Shown here piece by piece: positions 16,129-27,683 of a DNA stretch of 64,000 nt. A model generated the notes under the pieces. It worked only from the letters and a program-made list of their open reading frames with translations. It had not been told where the DNA came from and ran no database searches. Source of the DNA: Amoebidium appalachense. Lineage: Eukaryota > Protista > Ichthyosporea. Both the position numbers and the translations under genes were made by a program. The stretch's first letter is position 1. Each line of letters opens with the position of its first letter. Where the stretch lies: contig CAVNZM010000007.1 in assembly GCA_963693365.1 (NCBI GenBank), positions 8,801,962 through 8,865,961 on the forward strand. Direction: 5' to 3'.

Positions 16129-17555
16129 TTAGATTCCCCCTTCTTTCCCCTTGCGAGGCGGGACCATCACCAAACCCCCTTCGGATTCCACATATTTCTC
16201 CAGCAACCCATCCAACTCACCCACCCACTCACTTCTTGCACGTGCAAGCGCCCTCTCCACCGCCCTTTCGACAATCCCCACAATCTCCTCCTCGCTATAC
16301 CTTTTACCCAGCTCTTTACCCTGCTCTTTACCCTGCTCCGTAGCTGCCTTCTGATTGGATGATGCCGTTAGCGTCACCGGTGCCGATGTTATTCTCACCC
16401 TTTGTTTTGTGTCTATTTTTGGCAGGCTGTCAGTCGATTGGCTGGTTTGTGTGCCGGGTAGGTCGTGGTCTCTCAGCACAAACACCTCCATACTGTCGGA
16501 GTAGAGGGGCCGGTTAGGCCGGCGCAAGGGGTTGGGTGCAACCTGCATACATGTGATAGACTGAGTGTGATATCGGCTGTGGAGTATTGTTCCTTTCTCT
16601 GATCCTTTCTAATTACTTAGACTTGAAATGGCTTACATTGAAGGGTGTGTATGTGTGTGTGTTTGGGGGGAAGGGGGGGGGGGGGGGGGGGGGGGGGGGG
16701 CGAACGGGGTCTGAATGGAAGTGTGATGCAAAACGTCATTCAGCAGCAATAAATCCTCCCTTCTACTTTCCCTTTCCCCGGTTCATAAGTGCCGGTGTCT
16801 TATCATCCGTCAACGGTGTCAACGTGTATGTCCCCCCCCCCCCCCCCCCCTCCCCACACACACACACCAAATTCAAATTTCCTTTCTTCCCTGCCAGACA
16901 TCACACGTGCACAGAAACAGTCTGCAATTGAATCCTTATCCAATTTATCCCCCCCCCCCCCCCCCCCCCACACACACCCTTTTTGTGCACCCGTATCACC
17001 CCACCCACCTTACCGATCCTTTATGCACACATCATCCCCCCTCCCCCCCTCCCCTCCACTCCTCCCCAACCACACACACACCCCACCATCACCACCACTG
17101 TTACCACCACACACACACAAAAAAGAAAAACCACAAAACAAAACAAAACAAAAGAACAATAAGTAAAGACAACCAACCAACCAACCAACCAACCACCACC
17201 ACAACCACCCACCACCCACCCACCAACACCACCATCGCGAGCTCACAAATTCCCTTACAAGACTCCACATAACCTTATGCATCCCCCCTCCTCCCCCCCC
17301 CCCCCCCCCATCCTCATCTCCCTCCCTCCCACTTTCCACCCCTCCACCTCCCTTTCCCCCTGTCCAGCCCCCCACCCCTATACCCCACCACCCACCCACC
17401 TGTTGTTGTGCCTGTGTCGGCTGTGATCCCACAGAGTTCAAATTCTCAAAACTCGGTGCCCGGCGGACAAAACTGTCACAGCTAGAGCTACGTGATAAGC
17501 CCTTGTGTTCGACAGGCTGAGCCTCCGGACCACCTTGTGTCTCACTGTCGGGCAG

Positions 17556-17641
<86 letters not shown>

Positions 17642-17662
17642 CGCGCGCAAGTGTGTGTGCGT

Positions 17663-17693
<31 letters not shown>

Positions 17694-18168
17694 GGGGGGT
17701 CCGCGGAAAGTGCTGGGGCATTAAATATCAGAGTCAACATAGGTTGTGGTTGTTGTTGTTGCTGACACGAGTATTATCGTGTTACGGAAGGACTATTCAT
17801 AGATGAACGGCAGCGTGTGGGTGTGCAGCTTTCCGTGATTTCGCAAACTCAAAACAGTTGGCCGCATGCGCGCCCGTGTGTGTGTGTGTGTGGTTGTGTG
17901 TTCAAGTGCAGACACGCACATCTGTGTGCCTCTAGCCTTCAAGCATCGGATGAACCTGTGTGCGCATGGTCTCAAACACAGGAAAATGAAAATGAATGCA
18001 TGCTCAACATCTTTTCTTCCCTAACCCCCTTTTTTCATCCTGTCCTTCCCTCTCACTTCCTCCTACTGGCATGAAACAGATACTCCTGTCATATAATGAC
18101 ACCGGAGGGAAGGAGGGGGAGAAGTGGTGGGGTGAGGTGGGTGGGCGAGTGGGTGGGTGGGTGGGGAT

Positions 18169-18203
<35 letters not shown>

Positions 18204-18800
18204 CTTTCCCATTGGCCCCCGTGCCCCGGCAAGACGTATGTGTGAGTGAGCGCCTGTGTGTGTGTGTGTGTGTGATGCACAAGTGTCTGCATACGTGTGT
18301 GTGCCTGTGTGTGCGTATAAATGTATGTATCGGGTAGGGAAGGAAGGGCAAGGGCCCATTCACGGCACGCACCTAATCTGTCTCCTTCTCAGGTCTCTCA
18401 GCTGCATAATCAGGCTAGCCACCTTCCTCTCAAACATGGCCACCTGCCGCAGATATCTCGGGTCATCGTCAGCCAGAGTCTCACACGTACCCTCCCACCT
18501 ATAGCGTCTCCATGCTGTCTGGATTAGACGGGCACTGCTTGTTCGTAGCTCCTGCTGAAGGAGGAAAGCCTGCACCCAGTGAGCTGCTGCTATTTCATAT
18601 CTGTGGAAGAGAGAAGGAAAATCAGGAAACGGGGGGGGAGCAGGGGGGGGGGGGGGGGGGGGGAGGGAAAGGGTGGGAAGGGGCAGGGAGAAGGAATGAA
18701 GGAAGGATGTGGAAAGAAAGGTGGTGATGGAGAGGAGAGCAAGGGTAGAAGGAGCTCAAAAAAGGAAAAGGGGGCGGGGAGGGGGGGGGAACACGGTGGA

Positions 18801-18890
<90 letters not shown>

Positions 18891-19315
18891 CGCGCGCGCG
18901 CGCGCGTGTGTGCGTTTGTGCTTGCGTGAGTGCGGTCACGCAGACAATTGTGCGTGTGTGAAATTATGGGGAGGGGGAGGAGGGGGGAGGGGGGAGGGGA
19001 GGAGGGGGGAGGAGGCATTAGATATTCGGTAACACATCTTTCTGCTGACATAATGGCTCTCTGCCTTAACTCCTCATTTTCAGCCCTTATTCGCTACACC
19101 CACACACATCCACCCCTTACACACACAAAGAGGTCATGGGGTATACCGGCCAGCACATCAAAACCATCACTTCCCCACCCACTACAATAACACTACCCCT
19201 TCTCCCCACCTCCACCACAAACTTGACACCCCTTCAACCCTCAATTATTTGCCCAGACCTCATCCTCTCCCATATTCGCCTCCCTACCACAGGTTGCCTG
19301 TAGTCATTTGTCCCT

Positions 19316-19354
<39 letters not shown>

Positions 19355-19850
19355 CCCCCCGCCCCTGCCCTCCCCCTTTCCCTCTTCCCCCCTCCCCCCC
19401 TCCCGGGGGAAGACCCAGCCATACCCTTCCTCCTCACACACTGTCCGTCTATTTCATCCCTTATCCTCATCCATCCCTCCCTGAAATGAAATCAGTTCAA
19501 CATGAATAAACTCACTTCCCAACCCCCTTTTCCGTCGTGAATTGGGGTGGTGGGAAAAAAGAGACCGATGGGGGGGAGGAAGTAGGGGGGGGGGGGGGGG
19601 GGGGGGGGGTTGTAACACACTTTTCTCTTAAACATATTTGCACTGCAACCAGGTACCGGGGGGAGGGAGGGGGAAGGGGGGGAGGGGAGGGGAGGGGGGG
19701 AGGGAGACATACGAGGAGACGGAAAAAGAGCAGTAAGGAGACAGAGAGTGCAGTAGAGCAGGGAAGGGAACGGGGAGAGGGAGGAGGAGGGCGAGAAGGA
19801 CGGGGGGCGAAGAGATAGAGAGGTGGGGAAGGAGAAATGGAGGGGGAGAG

Positions 19851-19894
<44 letters not shown>

Positions 19895-21176
19895 GAGGGA
19901 GAGGAAGGGGCCGGTGGGAGAAGAAAGAGAGAGAGTGTGTGTGTGTGTTCGGAAATTTCCTTACTTATCCAAGCGCATACGAGAGTCCATCGTCTCGATG
20001 AGAATGGCAAACAAAAACAGGCCCCAAGCCGTTGCCAGCAGACACATAAACTTCCCCGGCCATGTCTTGGGGGTGTAGGTATCGTAGGGGTCCGCTGGGT
20101 ACCCGCACAACATGGAAACCGCGGAACAGAAAAGACCGCCTCCAAACGAATATCCAGGGTAGTTTGCCTCGCGCTCAAAGATGAAAAGACCGTAGCTGCA
20201 ATACAACTCACCCACGAGAATGAAAAATCAGAACCGCTGTTGTTGGGTAATTGTGGAAGAATATGCGTAGCGTTGCACCGACACTCAATTTTGGTTTTGG
20301 TACCCGCTTGTTGTAGTGAAAGGTAGAGCGAAAGGCAAGATAGCGCAGACAGTAAGTGGCATCAAAAACACGAAGAACCTCCAACGCCCAATAGAAACGC
20401 CAAAACATGAACAAGATGAGATACTTGTCCATACTCGTGCCCACAAAGGGGAAGAGGTGCGGGACAGACAGAAACATGACAAAGTAGTCACTCTTTTCGC
20501 GGTAGTGTTCATACACTGAGCTAAACAGCGGACTTCTCATCAAGCGCATGCGTCTCATTTGCGCCGGTGTAAGGTTCGTTTTTGCTCCCATGGTATCGCG
20601 TAGTTCCTGTTCATCCCTCAGCTGCTCCACTCTGTTCGACACCCTCTTTCGAAGCAACTCCCAATGTTGGCATATTGAAACGACGGTCAAAGCTGATATG
20701 ATGCACTTCAGCACATCTGTTATCCACGAACTGAAAAGGCAACCATGTTCTGCATCGACACAGGACTCGGGGGCTGTACCGCCATAAACCCCCACACGGT
20801 TTCCGAACTCAATTTCCAACACCGCGCAAGCGATGCCCACCGAAACTAACACATTGGCAAAAAGGAGAACGACGCGCAACCGCACAACGTCATTTCTCTC
20901 GCGTATTTTGTGCTGGTAGTTATATTGCGCAGTCATCAACTGAACCAGGCGGCTCTCCTTCTTTCCTTTCCCTTCACCCTGTTCGTTCTTTTTGTCCATG
21001 TCCACTACTGTTATTCCATCCGGACGCGTTCTCTGGCTCGTCCCATCCTGCTGCGCGTTGCGCGTGTTGCCGTACCCTGCCTCAGGAACAGAAAGGAGAT
21101 GTGTTGTTTCGGTGGGACTAGGGGTGGAGCTTGCACGCTCCTGAAGATGCGTGTACTTCTTTATAAGGCGTGACAT
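16129..21176 (-). CDS. SK/KCNN-like calmodulin-gated cation channel (6TM + pore + IQ/CaM-binding tail), multi-exon
   Basis: Large first exon 21176-19965 with hydrophobic helices, YPTTAVLIF(I)LVGELYCSYGLFIFERE (SK S5-like), pore region, and PKTWPGKFMCLLATAWG (SK post-filter/S6-like). A later exon gives SSARLIQTAWRRYR (IQ-like). Further exons at about 17400-17557 and 16129-16542. One extra T in a T-run near 20222 shifts the frame. Internal exon boundaries are approximate. Confidence 0.75.
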
Positions 21177-23179
21177 GGTGGTAGGAAAACATTAAGGTGA
21201 TTGTTGGGTTATTGGACGGGGGTTTCAGCCAAAGACATAGAGAGTAATCTAAAACAGGCTTAAAAAACGCGCGCTTCTGTGCTGTTTCGTAAGTTGGCTA
21301 ATTACAAAAATAAACCTACTAATTAACACAGTGTATTTCTGCCAGGAGTGTTTGAAAATGAAAATGTTCACTTCTTGAGAGCATGCAAAAGCTATTTTCA
21401 GTTATCTAGTTCAAAGTTTAGTAACACCAAGCACCTTATCTTCAGGAATGTGCTTTACGCGCAGTTGCCAAAAAAGGCAAGTGTGATCCGCGGACCATGG
21501 CGCAGCCTGGCACGGCGCACTGGCCTCGCGCTAAGGAGGCCTTGGCGGTGGTCCGAGTGCACGGCCCTCTGAACCACGGCCCTCTGAACACACCCGTGCT
21601 CTGAACACAGGGGGCCGTGGGTCCCACCTACTCTGTCAGAGTAGGAGGCCTTGGTTGTCAGTCGCTCACAGTCTTTGTTTTGGAAAAGTTTTCCTGGAAG
21701 AAAGCAAAAGTAAGAGCTGAACTCAAGGTGGCCTGAAGGCATGCTGTTGCAGCCAACCCAAAACTTATTAATTATTAGACCCCCTAACTGTGCGCACAGG
21801 GCACTTGTGCACCACACCGCCACGGCCAGATCTGCAGTCGGAACTCACCATGTTTGTGAATTGGGACGCTCTGGGATGCTGTAAAGCCAGAGGACCCAGT
21901 GCTCATGGGTGCAACTTACCACCGGCACTAGCATGATCGCATGTGCGGCTAAAAGGAAACCTGTAATGGATAGCTGTGAATACTTAAAGCTTTATCCGCC
22001 ATATACCTATGTACCGCAAATTTTAGAAGAAACCGTACAGCCTGGTCACCTATATAAACAGCTCAGTCTAGATGACACCAACTGGACAATTATTAAAACT
22101 TTTGTCCCTCGTTTGGCTTTTAGTTAGCCTTTAATTAAACTGTCTGTCTTGCACCTTCCAAGAACCCGTGCACTAAGGGTGCCATATGGTTGTCTTCACC
22201 TGCAACATTTTACACCACCACGGTTACATCTAGCTCAAGGCCCAGGCACAAGCGGTTTCTACTCAGAAATAGCAAGCTCGCGATCGCAGGCCCTTACGAA
22301 CACGTAATTCACGGCCGGTCCGGGGTGCGCCTGTTGGAACATAGCCAACTTGAAGGTGGAACGTGTGAACGGACACCATCGGATGCACAAAGCATCTAAA
22401 GCATTCGCCATGTGAATCAAGCATTGTAAGCGAAAGCTGTGTTTTCCCTTTGCATGCTCGTATTGTTTTGCTCTTCTCTTAGACTAGTACCTATCCAACC
22501 GCTTTTATAGAATGATTTTCGTCCCAATCTCACGCACATGGCTACTCTACAGCCGCTGATAAAAACAGCCATCTGGCCGCCAGTCACACTGGCACCCGTG
22601 AGTAGCTCCCGTGAATGCACTGACAGCTTCCCAGCTCGCATATTATTATAATGATCCACAAGTATTCTATACATATTCATGGAGGCGGAAGTACAATTAG
22701 GCTAAACTTTGCCAAATGCGAATTTGCCATGCATTGGAGTTGCTTCACACATGCCCATCCGCCAGGCATCGTAGTTTAGCGTCTCAGAGGTCTCAATGTA
22801 CATCATACCCAGAGCTGACACGTGGTAGGTGTATATCTCCCTTTGCTTCGAAAAGTTTTGTCTATGGTGCCGGTAGTCTGTAGCACTCCATTTAAAAAGA
22901 AAAAATGAAAAAAAAAAACTTCTCGTCGGCCGATCTCATCTTGGATAGCTCGAACGGCCTGACATCGAGATCTGTGTCGAATGGCGCAGAGAACCCAAAA
23001 AGCGCCAATCTGACGGGCCGGGGCCCCGACCTCAGGCGATGACGTCATCAAACCAGCCTAGAGATATGCTGATATACCATTGATATATAAAATAATAGAT
23101 ATAGATAGTCTATGGATATATACGGGTCTCAGGAACTTGACCCCCCGGGGGGAAGGGGGGGGGGGGGGGGGAGGTTCTT

Positions 23180-23430
23180 TATGTTTTCCTGTTCGTAAGA
23201 AGGTATCGCAGGGGGTCATTAACGACTTTCGTCCCGTCACACTTACCAACGCTCTTCGTCGGCTCTTCGAGGGTTGCAGAAGTTCGCGCGTTTAACACTG
23301 ACAATTCTTTAAAAGCCGTGTTCGTCTTTCTTCCCTTCAAGGGGCTTTCGTCATGCCTATTCGTGTTATACCCACAGCCTGTTACTCCATGAATCCATTA
23401 CTTCTGGCTCTCCGTACAACAGTTGTCTTC
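23180..23430 (+). pseudogene. Non-LTR (LINE) reverse transcriptase, 5' part
   Basis: FPVRKK..INDFRPVTLTNALRRLFE...QGAFR motifs; continues at 33490 once the gypsy insertion is removed (gtt gtc ttc|atc gac ctt aag = VVFIDLK). Confidence 0.8.
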
Positions 23431-24492
23431 CGAAAGGAAGGCATCCTTGTACACTGATTTGATTGGCCAGATCCTGAATCAATAAGTTGAAATAAACACG
23501 GCCGTATGTCCGTGCAATGTACTCTGATCATGTCTTATAACCACGTGTCTGGAGACCATGGGAAACTCCCATGAACCATCTATCTTACCAGAAGCATGCA
23601 AAAGATTACGAAGATTTATTTCCGTTATTAGTGTAACACATATTTGCTAACATATTACGTCTGAAAACAATGAACATATGTATACGCCTGCACCTGTACG
23701 CGAAAGGCAATCTAATTATGGAATGCTGTGAATGAGTGTGAGCGAATGAGCAATCAATAGACTTAGCTATATATGGTGAAAAGCCATGAGCCAAGAGCCA
23801 CGAGCAGGGTTCGAAGGACGGTGGAGCCCATTAACGGAAGTCGAAATCCCGTTTCGGAAAACCTCTTCGAAAATGGGAATGCTCCGTCGGAGCAGGCCCA
23901 CCAAAAATCGTAATCGTCGCGCATCAGTAAACTAGGGCATATGCTTATTTGTGCCTATATTGCATCAAAATGTAATTATAGTGCATACTCAAAAACCCCT
24001 GTGGTTATTAGAGGCCTTCCTGGTGTTGGCAGTTGAAGCTTTGAAGGAATAAAAGGGAAATATGAAGTGCATTAATGCACAATATGTATATACATTTTGT
24101 CTCCGTATTTAAAAATTCTGGGGGAGGGAAGGGGAGGGAGGGGGGGGGGGGGGGGGAAGGGGGGGGGGGGGGGGGGGGGGGGGGGAGTGAGTTGAGGCAG
24201 CAACATGGGAAGCTCAGGCAGAAATCGAATGTTTGGGGGGGAGCTCGAGGGGGGGGGGGGGGGGGGGGGGAGGGGGGGAAGAAAATCAGGTTGGGTGGTT
24301 GTGTCTGTGTTTGTGTGTGTGTGAGTATTTTTCTTTGCAATTGTGTGTGTGTGTGTGTGGTGGGGATGTATGCACGGTGTGTGTGTCTGTGTGTATGTGT
24401 ACAGGTGTGGGTGTGTGTATTTGTGTCAGCGGTAATCGGTGTGTGTGTGTCTATGTTGTGTGCATATGTGCACATGTGCACGTGTGTGTGTG

Positions 24493-24524
<32 letters not shown>

Positions 24525-24725
24525 CATGACATTGTGTGCATGTGTATGTGTGTTTTGTGTCAACGGTTATGGTGTGTGTGTATGTATGTACAGTGTGTGT
24601 ATGTATGTGTGTGTGTGCGCCTGCAGTGTGGTGTGTATGTATGCATGCGCAGGGTGTACACATGTGTGTGTCTGTGTATGTGTGTACATGCCAGTGTGGG
24701 TGTGTGTGTTTGTACCAACGGTTTC

Positions 24726-24767
<42 letters not shown>

Positions 24768-24816
24768 CACGGAGTGTGTGTGCGTGCGCCGTGTACATGG
24801 TGTGTGTGTGCAGTGT

Positions 24817-24881
<65 letters not shown>

Positions 24882-25251
24882 GGTGCATAGCATGTGATTG
24901 TACAGGGTGGATGCATGTGCACGTTTGTAATACAGTTATCATGATCTGAGATAGTATGTGCCTGTGCACGTGTACTAGCCTAGGTCACATGATTGTGTGG
25001 TGTCACGGCTGTGTATGTATGTGCATGTGTGTCTTTGAACGGAACACAGTGGTGCACAGTGTGTGTATCGCCTGCCATTGAAGACGCGTGCCACTGATCG
25101 TGATACACGTGGCACCTGCACCTGGTGGCCGTCGACTCTGAGCATCTAGATCCATTCCATGTTTAGGCCTTCCTGGGGGGGAATGGGGGGGGGGGGGGGG
25201 GGGGGGTGAGGGGAGTACTAGTGGGGGGGGGGGAGGGAGGGATCCGCCTGA

Positions 25252-25294
<43 letters not shown>

Positions 25295-26053
25295 GGAGGC
25301 CGGAGCGGCGGTGGGGGAGAAGGAGGGGCAGGAGGGGCTCTCGGACGTTCCGATTCGGCCAGGACGATTTTCGGAACTGTGTTTTCAAATATCGGAAATT
25401 CCGATTTTTTTTCGTAACTTCGAACCCTGGCCACGAGCCGCCGGCGAAAGATTGCCATGAGGCTTGTACTTATATTCTTACAGAGAGATGAAATCGATTA
25501 ACAGAAGTGTGTAAATAATTAACAATGATACAAGGCTGATATATATCTGTCATTCTAGAGAAATATGTAGTAACTTGTAATGTAAATATGCCCTGTACGT
25601 ACTGTCTCTATATGATAAGTAGCTGTGAGCCGGATCCACTCATAAGGTCTTATAGGATGACATCATAGTGAGCAAAGAATAGATCGAATAGATTGATTGG
25701 TTAGATCTGTAGCCGCGCACTTTGTACATAGATGTCGGAACTCTTTTAACATAATATTTAGTGTACCCAAGAGCGCTAGAAAGTATAAAAGGTAGTTAGA
25801 ATTCGTTAGTTAGGGAGGGTCTTTCCCCTTCTTAGCACATGGTCACAACTAAGGGAAATAACACGCATAGAATAGGCATTGCTTGTCTATGGTCATCGCT
25901 ATTGCCTGTAGGCCATCGTATTGATACAGTCACGTACAGTTCCCTCGTCACATCTACATTACGGCCAGGTTGCCACAGCTTATAAGCATCAATAAACGTC
26001 CAAGTATTCATAAATTGCCATACTTAGTGTGTAACAGACCGCCGTCCTCAACG
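23431..26053 (+). repeat. Gypsy 5' LTR (with hAT-type insertion)
   Basis: Matches 32506-33485 apart from the 23805-25429 insert, about 11 substitutions and a 10-bp indel. Confidence 0.95.
23805..25429. mobile_element. Non-autonomous hAT-type DNA transposon
   Basis: 12-bp TIR cagggttcgaag/cttcgaaccctg; 8-bp TSD gccacgag (23797-23804, 25430-25437). The empty site is visible in the 3' LTR. Interior is microsatellite/homopolymer. Confidence 0.92.
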
Positions 26054-26064
26054 TGGTAGCAGAG
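26054..26064 (+). promoter_or_regulatory. Primer-binding site (tRNA-iMet 3' end)
   Basis: tggtagcagag immediately after the LTR end. Confidence 0.85.
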
Positions 26065-26240
26065 AGTCTACGGTTCTTCTTCGGCCTACAACAGCTTCAG
26101 CACCCCTCCACTCCTTCTCTCCGACGGTTATTTACACACATACATACACATTGCACGTGCACTACAGCACATTCTGTGTATCAACATGGCACCCCGCACA
26201 CGTAGTTCCAGTACAAAGTCTGGCTCTGAATACGAGCTGA

Positions 26241-27683
26241 GTGATAGCGACACAGAAATGCAGGATGTTACATCCTCAGGAGAAGAAAATAACTCCCACG
26301 ATGCACAGCAGTAATGACAGTGTGCGCACAAATGTAAACGACACAAGTGATAATGATTCACAAAACGAAAATTCTGGCAACAATAACCACAAGCAAAACA
26401 ACAACAACAACAACGACGACGAAAACAAGAACAACATCAACAACATAAATAACGAAAACCACAAAAATCAAAACAAAAATTCCGAAAATTCACACAAAAA
26501 GACTTTTTGTGAAGATCGATCTCTAAGTAAGTATACTGGCCCCAAGTTTTCAGGTGACCCTAAGGACGACACTGCCGAAAACAATAATAATTCGAATTCT
26601 ACACACTTGGAGAATTTTCTCACTCATATTAACTCTCATATTAATCGTGTTGGCATGAATGATTATTATCGGTGCGTTCTATTGGTTAATAATTGCCGCG
26701 GGATGGCGCGCGAAATTATGGATAACCAAAATTTAGATAACCTCTATTCCAAAAAGGGGCAATGGTACAGGGTTTATGAAACTCTCGAAGATTTATTAAG
26801 GGATGAATTTAAAAATCCAGCCATGTTAATTGCTGCCACTACCAAATACAATAAATTTCACATGGAAAATAACCAATCATTTAGGGAATATTTTGCGCAA
26901 AAACGTAAATTAGCGCAACGTGCAAAACAACCCAAAAGTGGCCCGGATTTTAGTTACAAGGTGTGGGAAGGTCTTTCTGATACTCTTAAAGAAAGGCTAC
27001 CTGATGATGCTCCCTATGATTTAAATAAATTGAGGCGTGCATGTGAATATCAAGGTGCAATCACTCACGGAAAAAAACGTGTGTCCTATGCAAACACCGT
27101 GCATGTAGTGCAGGAGCCCAACCCATCCTCCTCCTACCCCAACTCTGCACACAAACAAACAACCACAAACGCTTCCACACCACCAAACACACGTTACAAC
27201 CCCTACCTTTCCGCTCGACGCAACCGCATGCGCCACCGCCCTTTACACCCCTCCTACCGAGCATCCACACACACCACCCAACCCCCACCCAACCCAGCAA
27301 CACCACCCAACCCCTCCACACAAACACAAAACCAACCCCAACCCATGTGTATCGCCCATCCTGACTCTTTTTCGCATTACACAGACGAGTGTAGTGTCGT
27401 GCACCGCGCAGTAGCCAACCACATGAAAATGAACGACAACCGGTCTCTTAATTCCAACACCAACAATACCAACCCCACCCTCCACATGCAAGTGTCCAAC
27501 AACAACAACACACCCAAGCGCAACATGCGTCCGGCCTATCCACCCGCTAGCCCCAGCTACGGCTACAACAGCGCAAACATGACACTGGATATTGGGAATT
27601 TTGTAGGCTGTGCATTCACCGCACCCCCTACCTGCCTCCCCCAGGCCCGAGCGCAAACACGCCACCAACTACAGCTACTTTGA
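26241..27683 (+). CDS. gag: Gypsy gag
   Basis: 480-aa ORF with a capsid-like region (FSGDP...ENFL; QSFREYFAQKRKLA; GLSDTLK) and a CHHC knuckle CIAHPDSFSHYTDEC. The true ATG is probably about 26185, with a frameshift. Confidence 0.8.
   Translation: MIATQKCRMLHPQEKKITPTMHSSNDSVRTNVNDTSDNDSQNENSGNNNHKQNNNNNNDDENKNNINNINNENHKNQNKNSENSHKKTFCEDRSLSKYTGPKFSGDPKDDTAENNNNSNSTHLENFLTHINSHINRVGMNDYYRCVLLVNNCRGMAREIMDNQNLDNLYSKKGQWYRVYETLEDLLRDEFKNPAMLIAATTKYNKFHMENNQSFREYFAQKRKLAQRAKQPKSGPDFSYKVWEGLSDTLKERLPDDAPYDLNKLRRACEYQGAITHGKKRVSYANTVHVVQEPNPSSSYPNSAHKQTTTNASTPPNTRYNPYLSARRNRMRHRPLHPSYRASTHTTQPPPNPATPPNPSTQTQNQPQPMCIAHPDSFSHYTDECSVVHRAVANHMKMNDNRSLNSNTNNTNPTLHMQVSNNNNTPKRNMRPAYPPASPSYGYNSANMTLDIGNFVGCAFTAPPTCLPQARAQTRHQLQLL

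Noticed and set aside
19030-19095. Possible extra channel exon (RIRAENEELRQRAIMSAER)
   Set aside because: Splice phases could not be reconciled confidently; needs RNA-seq.
21480-21625. cacggccctctgaac duplication with GC-rich hairpin potential
   Set aside because: Too short, and no associated termini or ORF to call a Helitron end or an ncRNA.
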